Assembly (NCBI GenBank): GCA_964448725.1
Contig: CAYVAJ010000002.1
Coordinates: 66,587 to 130,586 of the forward strand
Direction: 5' to 3'
DNA length: 64,000 bases
DNA from: an uncultured Gammaproteobacteria bacterium
Lineage (GTDB): Bacteria > Patescibacteriota > Microgenomatia > Levybacterales > GWA1-39-11
Under the pieces are notes generated by a model. That model was not told the origin of the DNA. It saw only the letters and a list, made by a program, of their open reading frames with translations, and searched no databases. Position numbers and translations under genes: made by a program. This document shows, in pieces, positions 58,671 through 64,000 of the stretch (its first letter is position 1; the number at the start of each line of letters is the position of its first letter).

Positions 58671-59621
58671 ATGGCAACGACTGCAATCATTCTTCTCAAC
58701 TATAACAGTACTGATGATACTGTAGCCTGTATTAAGTCATTATATACAACACCGCACACGAGTAAAGACGCCATGATAATAGTGGTTGATAATCATTCAA
58801 AAAAAAGTGAAGTACAAAAACTTACTCAATATATTGATACGATTTCAAAACAGAAAAATAATATAATTCCAATTCATTTTATTAAGAATGATAAAAATCT
58901 TGGTTTTTCCGGAGGAAATAATGTGGGTATAGAATATGCGCTTAAAGAAAATGTAGAGAATATATTGATTCTTAATAACGATACAATTGTAGATAAAAAT
59001 TTTTTACAGAAAATGACAGTAGAGATGGAAAAAGATTCAAAGATTGGAGTTGTTGTTCCGAAAATTTACTTCGCGCCAGGTCATGAATATCACACGCAAC
59101 GATATACAAAAGAAGAGCTTGGAAAAGTCATATGGTATGCAGGAGGGACTATAGACTGGAAAAATGTTATAGGACACCATGAGGGAGTAGATGAGGTAGA
59201 TACGGATCAGTATACAGTCCATAAAACAACTGAATATGCAACTGGTGCGTGTATGTTAGTCCGTGCATCTGTTTTTCAAAAAATCGGTATGTTTGATACT
59301 GACTATTTTCTTTACTATGAGGATAGTGATATCAGTATGCGAATAAAAAAAGCTGGATATACAATTAATTTTAATCCAGATAGTATAATTTGGCATAAAA
59401 ATGCAGGTTCTACTGGCGGATCAGGATCTGATTTGCAGGATTATTATATTACTCGAAATAGACTTATCTTCGGATTTAGGTATGCGCCACTTCGTGCAAA
59501 ACTCGCATTACTCAAAGAAGCAGGCAAGCAGCTGATCACCGGACGTACATGGCAAAAGAAAGGAATACGAGATTTCTTTATACATAAATTAGGAAAAGGA
59601 AGTTATCCAATTTCTGACTAA
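58671..59621 (+). CDS. family 2 glycosyltransferase
   Basis: AIILLNYNS ... LNNDT ... YYEDSD. Confidence 0.8.
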   Translation: MATTAIILLNYNSTDDTVACIKSLYTTPHTSKDAMIIVVDNHSKKSEVQKLTQYIDTISKQKNNIIPIHFIKNDKNLGFSGGNNVGIEYALKENVENILILNNDTIVDKNFLQKMTVEMEKDSKIGVVVPKIYFAPGHEYHTQRYTKEELGKVIWYAGGTIDWKNVIGHHEGVDEVDTDQYTVHKTTEYATGACMLVRASVFQKIGMFDTDYFLYYEDSDISMRIKKAGYTINFNPDSIIWHKNAGSTGGSGSDLQDYYITRNRLIFGFRYAPLRAKLALLKEAGKQLITGRTWQKKGIRDFFIHKLGKGSYPISD

Positions 59622-59729
59622 AGTCAGAAACAGTTTAGGGTTTATAGTTAGTAGATCATAGCAAAGAAGATTGAAGTGTCTGTCGCCAAGAACCAATAAC
59701 CATAAACCAATAACTATAAGCAAACAGAT

Positions 59730-60479
59730 ATGTTATCCGTTATCATTCTTACTAAAAACTCTGAATTAACATTAGCTGATTGTATTGGGAACATTAAGCC
59801 TATTGCAGGTGAAGTTATTGTGGTTGATTCTGGGTCATCAGATCGTACTGGAGAAGTTGCAAAGCTGGCAGGTGCGCGATTTATAGAACATCCGATGAAT
59901 AACTTTGCAGACCAGCGAAATTTTGCTTTTAAGCAGGCTAAAGGTACTTGGGTGCTGTACTTGGATTCAGATGAGTTTGTGACAAAGCGTTTTTGCCAAG
60001 AAGTAAAACAAATTATTGATGAATATACTCCAGATTCTGATATTGGAGGATATTATCTGAAAAGAAAAACATATTACTATGGACGTGACTGGGATTTAAC
60101 AGATGAAGTACAACGGTTGTTTGTAAAAGAAAAATTTATAGAATGGCGTGGTGTAGTACATGAGACTCCTCATATCCAAGGAAAATATGGACATATTACA
60201 AATCCAGTCCACCATTTTACCCATCAAAATTTATCTCAAATGCTTACTAAAACAATTGAATGGTCAGAACATGAAGCACAGTTACGGTATGAGGCAAAAC
60301 ATCCTACAATGAATACACTGCGATTTATGCGAGTCATGATTACAGGATTTCTTGATTCATATATCAGAGGGAAAGGATATAAAAACGGTACAGAAGGTTT
60401 TATTGAAGCAACCTACCAAGCATACTCAATGTTCATCACCTACGCAAAACTATGGGAGAGGCAAAAGAATAGCACGTAA
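59730..60479 (+). CDS. family 2 glycosyltransferase
   Basis: LSVIILTKNSE ... VVVDSGSSDRT ... LDSDE. Confidence 0.8.
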   Translation: MLSVIILTKNSELTLADCIGNIKPIAGEVIVVDSGSSDRTGEVAKLAGARFIEHPMNNFADQRNFAFKQAKGTWVLYLDSDEFVTKRFCQEVKQIIDEYTPDSDIGGYYLKRKTYYYGRDWDLTDEVQRLFVKEKFIEWRGVVHETPHIQGKYGHITNPVHHFTHQNLSQMLTKTIEWSEHEAQLRYEAKHPTMNTLRFMRVMITGFLDSYIRGKGYKNGTEGFIEATYQAYSMFITYAKLWERQKNST

Positions 60480-60491
60480 GTGCTATTCTTT

Positions 60492-60520
60492 GTTCATAGT
60501 TATTGGTTCACGGTTCACAG
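60492..60520 (+). repeat. left inverted repeat flanking the four-helix-bundle gene (GTTCATAGTTATTGGTTCACGGTTCACAG)
   Basis: its reverse complement CTGTGAACCGTGAACCAATAACTATGAAC matches the right-flank repeats. Confidence 0.65.
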
Positions 60521-60862
60521 CAAGGAAGATTTTAGCGCATTGATTTTCTTTGAGAGAATATTTAATCGCTCGTATAACTCATTATATCTCTGTTCCGTAA
60601 TATATTTTTGGTTTTTTGATATAGCAAGAATCGCAATACATTCATAACAGGACCCACGAGCAATATCTAGAAAGTGACGGAAATCTTTTTTAGTCCTGCT
60701 TGTTCCTTCTGCAATATTTAATGTAATTGATACTGCAGCTCTCCTCATTTGATCAGTTAAACCAAAAGTTTCAGATTTGGGAAAAGTTTGAGAAACTGTA
60801 TAGATTTCATTACAAAACAGTAATGAATCTTGGTACACCCGCAAATCCTCAAATTTAAACAT
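60515..60862 (-). CDS. four-helix-bundle protein (23S rRNA intervening-sequence protein family)
   Basis: FEDLRVYQDSLLFCNEIYTVSQTFPKSETFGLTDQMRRAAVSITLNIAEGTSR...FLDIARGSCYECIA matches the TIGR02436-type family. Confidence 0.8.
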   Translation of the reverse strand: MFKFEDLRVYQDSLLFCNEIYTVSQTFPKSETFGLTDQMRRAAVSITLNIAEGTSRTKKDFRHFLDIARGSCYECIAILAISKNQKYITEQRYNELYERLNILSKKINALKSSLL

Positions 60863-60869
60863 TTTAATT

Positions 60870-60966
60870 TACTATGAACCGTGAACAATGAGCTAATAAA
60901 TATGAGCCGTGAATTTTAAACTGTGAACTAATAACTGTGAACTAATAACTGTGAACCGTGAACCAA
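60870..60966 (+). repeat. right-flank GTGAAC repeat array (ATGAACCGTGAACAA; GAGCCGTGAAT; 2 x CTGTGAACTAATAA; CTGTGAACCGTGAACCAA)
   Basis: tandem and inverted copies of the left-flank sequence. Confidence 0.65.
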
Positions 60967-60967
60967 C

Positions 60968-61228
60968 CTACTTCTTTGAAGTAGGTTTCTTCTGTACCCA
61001 TCCTCGGACTTCGTCTAGGGTAAGAGGTTTTTTTGCAAATTTTGAGAGGTAGATGACATCAATAAGTCCTCCTAAATTTAAGAATGGGATAAGCAATAAG
61101 AAGGCAATAAAAAGCGCAACAAACCAATTCTTCTGGTCAGACTTTGCAGCTCTCCATAATGCAATTCCTTTAACACTGAGAGAAAAAATAGCAAGTGCAA
61201 ATGCGAGTACAGATTGTATATCAACCAT
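60968..61228 (-). CDS. small two-TM membrane protein
   Basis: two hydrophobic helices; basic C-terminal tail. Confidence 0.4.
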   Translation of the reverse strand: MVDIQSVLAFALAIFSLSVKGIALWRAAKSDQKNWFVALFIAFLLLIPFLNLGGLIDVIYLSKFAKKPLTLDEVRGWVQKKPTSKK

Positions 61229-61368
61229 TTCTTCATTATCACATAGCTTTTTTTAATATGCAAGCTTAGGTTAAATGTGAATTGTTAGATTGTTGTATTG
61301 CTAAATTGCTATAATAAGCTTGCTAAGCATTATTTTGTGCTTTGAGCTTTACATTTTTAATTTGAGAT

Positions 61369-62430
61369 ATGAAAATTGCATTGTATGATCCATATTTAGA
61401 TGCGCTTGGCGGAGGAGAGAAGTATATGCTGACAGCAGCCGAGTGTCTGTCAAAAAAGCATGAGGTATCAATTTTATGGGATGATGTTCAGGATATAGAA
61501 CGTGTCGAAGAACGATTTGATCTTGATTTATCGAAGGTCAAGATTTCAAGAAATATATTTGGGCCACAAGTATCATTTATCCAGCGTTTGTTACAAAGCA
61601 GACAGTATGATGTAATACTGTATCTAAGTGATGGCAGTATTCCGCTCGTTCTTTCTAAAAAACTAATTCTCCATCTTCAGTTTCCTATTGAGTGGGTAAA
61701 ATCTGATATTAAAACTAAAGTAAAACTTAAAAAAGTACATTCTGTTATATGTAACTCACAGTTTACGAAAGAATTTGTCGATAAAAAACTGGGAATTGCG
61801 AGTACTGTTCTCTATCCACCAGTGGAAATCAAGCGAAAAGAAATACCAAAAGAAAATATTATTTTGCATGTCGGAAGATTTATGCAAACAGATAAAGATG
61901 GTGATGATTATAAAAAGCAGTATTTTATGATTGAGACCTTTAAGCAGCTGATAGATGAAAAATTAGCAGATTGGAAATTTGTAATCGCAGCAAGTGTACG
62001 GACACGCGACCTTGCACAGTTCCAAAAAATGCAGGCAACAGCAGCAGGATATCCGATTTCATTTATTGTGAATGCGACAAATGATGATTTATGGAAAGAA
62101 TACAATAGAGCAAAAATATATTGGCATGCATCAGGCTTTGGGGAGAATATTGAAAAAAATCCGGAGCGCGCAGAACACTTTGGTATCTCAACTGTTGAGG
62201 CGATGGGAGCAGGAGCAGTACCGGTGGTTATCAATGCCGGGGGGCAAAAAGAAATTATTAATGATGCAGAAAACGGGGTACTTTGGGATACACAAGCAGA
62301 ATTGAAAGAAAAAACACTCGCATTAATCCGTGATGATAAAACATTGAAAAATTTATCATCACAAGCACAGAAAGATGTACAAAACTTTAGTAAAGAAGAA
62401 TTCTGCAAGCAATTAGATGCATTAATGTAA
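61369..62430 (+). CDS. family 4 (GT-B) glycosyltransferase
   Basis: C-terminal EHFGISTVEAMGAGAVPVV (E-x7-E-like GT4 motif). Confidence 0.8.
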   Translation: MKIALYDPYLDALGGGEKYMLTAAECLSKKHEVSILWDDVQDIERVEERFDLDLSKVKISRNIFGPQVSFIQRLLQSRQYDVILYLSDGSIPLVLSKKLILHLQFPIEWVKSDIKTKVKLKKVHSVICNSQFTKEFVDKKLGIASTVLYPPVEIKRKEIPKENIILHVGRFMQTDKDGDDYKKQYFMIETFKQLIDEKLADWKFVIAASVRTRDLAQFQKMQATAAGYPISFIVNATNDDLWKEYNRAKIYWHASGFGENIEKNPERAEHFGISTVEAMGAGAVPVVINAGGQKEIINDAENGVLWDTQAELKEKTLALIRDDKTLKNLSSQAQKDVQNFSKEEFCKQLDALM

Positions 62431-62431
62431 T

Positions 62432-63382
62432 ATGAATATAAGTGTAGTTATCCCAAATTACAATGGAGAAAATATTCTTGAAGCAAATCTATCTCGTGTT
62501 ATAGAAGTACTTAAAAAGTATACAAACGGAAAAAAAGAAATAGTTATTGTTGATGATGCATCAGTTGATAAGTCATGGGAGATCTTGCAAGAGATTCAAA
62601 AAGAATATTCTACAAATGATCTATCAATCTCAGTATATCGCAATCAATACAATAAAGGGTTTGCTACAACGGTTAATACGGGTGTGGGTTATGCAAAAGG
62701 TGATATTGTCTTATTGCTGAATACTGACATAATTCCCGAAGATGGTTTTATTGAACCACTTATCACTCATTTTAAAGACGAAAAAGTTTTTGCAGTGGGC
62801 TGTATGGATAAAAGTATTGAGAATGAACGCGTTACGTTGAGAGGAAGAGGATTGGGAAAGTGGCATAAAGGACTTTTTACCCATAAAAAAGGTGACGTAA
62901 CAAAGACAAATACGCTATGGGTGAGCGGAGGAAGCGGAGCATTCAGACGTGACGTCTGGAATACATTAGGTGGACTTGATTCAATCTATAATCCTTTTTA
63001 TTGGGAGGATATTGATCTTTCGTATCGTGCAGTAAAATCTGGATATACTGTCTTGTTTGAACCAAATAGTATTGTGGTACACGAACATGAAAAAGGTTCT
63101 ATCAAAACTCAAAACTCTCGAAAAAATATTACTACGATCTCATATCGTAATCAATTTATTTTTATCTGGAAAAATATTACAGAACCGTTGTTTATTGTTG
63201 AACATGTACTGTGGTTGCCTGTGCATATAGGAAAAGCAGTGCTAAGAGGTGATACAGCATTTTTTCACGGAGTAATTGCAGCGCTCCGGAAATTGCCTGC
63301 AATACTTAAATCTCGCAATCGTGCAAAGAAGTTATTTACTCTAACAGATACGCAAGTAATTGCGCGTGCTTCTAGTACGTAA
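62432..63382 (+). CDS. family 2 glycosyltransferase
   Basis: ISVVIPNYNGE ... IVIVDDASVDKS ... YWEDID. Confidence 0.8.
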   Translation: MNISVVIPNYNGENILEANLSRVIEVLKKYTNGKKEIVIVDDASVDKSWEILQEIQKEYSTNDLSISVYRNQYNKGFATTVNTGVGYAKGDIVLLLNTDIIPEDGFIEPLITHFKDEKVFAVGCMDKSIENERVTLRGRGLGKWHKGLFTHKKGDVTKTNTLWVSGGSGAFRRDVWNTLGGLDSIYNPFYWEDIDLSYRAVKSGYTVLFEPNSIVVHEHEKGSIKTQNSRKNITTISYRNQFIFIWKNITEPLFIVEHVLWLPVHIGKAVLRGDTAFFHGVIAALRKLPAILKSRNRAKKLFTLTDTQVIARASST

Positions 63383-63983
63383 TCTGAGTAATGTTAAACC
63401 AGTATTTATTCTCTGTCAGTTCTTTATCTGCTTCCCTATAATCAAAAAATCCGTTTGCCTTTCTCATTTCTTCTGGCGTTTTAAGAAACATAAGTATAAA
63501 AGTTGTTGGACTCTTTCGGTACATAATTATATTTTCTGTCTGAATGATCAACTCTTTATTATTAGCTAGCTCCTGTTCGACAATAGTATTCAGTTCATGT
63601 GCATCAGTGAGAAAATCTATGCTTTTGATACGACCTGAATTGAAAAGAAGGAATGGTGTGTTAACTCTTTCATGATTAACAGAAATTCCAAATTCTTTCA
63701 GCACATGATCTACTTCTTTTTGCGGAAGACCTGTCTTACTAAATATAAATGAACCAGGTGAGTAAAATTCTCGGAATTCCCAATAGTCTTCAGCATCGAT
63801 TGCGTTATGAGACTGTGTATTTTCTATAAAGGTATGTAACCGATATTCTGATGCAAACGGAAAAAGTCTTGCAGATACTTTAGGAGTTAAAAGTAGGAAC
63901 AGTACTATAATCACTACAAGATTGAACAGAAGAAATTTATGAGAAATTTTAGTATTGCTTGCTTCGTTTCGTTTTTGTGTCAT
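63372..63983 (-). CDS. N-terminally anchored hypothetical protein
   Basis: single N-terminal TM (FLLFNLVVIIVLFLLL); otherwise no motif. Confidence 0.4.
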   Translation of the reverse strand: MTQKRNEASNTKISHKFLLFNLVVIIVLFLLLTPKVSARLFPFASEYRLHTFIENTQSHNAIDAEDYWEFREFYSPGSFIFSKTGLPQKEVDHVLKEFGISVNHERVNTPFLLFNSGRIKSIDFLTDAHELNTIVEQELANNKELIIQTENIIMYRKSPTTFILMFLKTPEEMRKANGFFDYREADKELTENKYWFNITQITY

Positions 63984-64000
63984 ATTGTATATAATTGGAA

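Noticed and set aside
60870-60966. GTGAAC-containing tandem repeats considered as a mini CRISPR array
   Set aside because: The units are 14 nt, there are only two exact tandem copies, no spacers of regular length and no cas genes. They are interpreted as repeats flanking the 4HB gene.

Overview
This is an AT-rich bacterial window with small genes and GGAGG-type ribosome-binding sites. It resembles an uncultivated low-GC or CPR-like lineage. All calls come from reading the sequence and the supplied ORF track; nothing was searched or computed.

The main annotated content, in order:
- End of mutL, then two cytoplasmic PAS histidine kinases and a Crp/Fnr regulator.
- Small membrane proteins, a cupin, a DUF1697 protein, tRNA-Gln(CUG), an MFS transporter, and Lon protease with a near-consensus sigma70 promoter.
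- A GC-rich, ORF-poor island (about 12.6-14.9 kb) with three near-consensus TTGAC(A/T)-17-TATACT promoters, two copies of a hairpin-plus-promoter module, and small ORFs.
- A YhbQ-like GIY-YIG gene and tRNA-Glu(CUC).
- A roughly 6 kb integrated element at the tRNA-Glu 3' end, bounded by a 17-bp direct repeat. It carries a large serine recombinase, a phage small-terminase-like gene, an HNH protein, an AbiTii-like protein and an HExxH membrane protein, so it looks like a satellite or defence island.
- An orphan C-terminal fragment of class II ribonucleotide reductase (NrdJ).
- VOC dioxygenases and an mhqED-like pair, and a nucleoside-2-deoxyribosyltransferase-like/RHH fusion.
- A large glycan-biosynthesis cluster: six GT2 and one GT4 glycosyltransferases, an ArnT-like and a YfhO-like GT-C protein, two paralogous polytopic membrane proteins, a Wzx-like flippase, and a four-helix-bundle gene bracketed by GTGAAC repeats.
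- Housekeeping genes maf and fabD, a Nudix hydrolase, an aldo/keto reductase, a UPF0371 protein, a Tmk-like kinase, an HD protein, and a response regulator with a PAS histidine kinase.

The most unusual locus is an F1Fo-type ATP synthase operon (b, delta, alpha, gamma, beta, epsilon) in which the position normally held by subunit a is taken by a 1594-aa membrane-anchored surface fibre protein. The subunit-c position is taken by a fusion protein: signal peptide, extracellular domain, then a c-like helical hairpin whose ion-binding carboxylate is replaced by Asn. The extracellular domain is a paralog of the fibre's C-terminal domain. A conserved palindromic motif of about 39 nt (GGTG/CCACC arms) sits 57-58 nt upstream of the -10 box of this operon and of one other operon.
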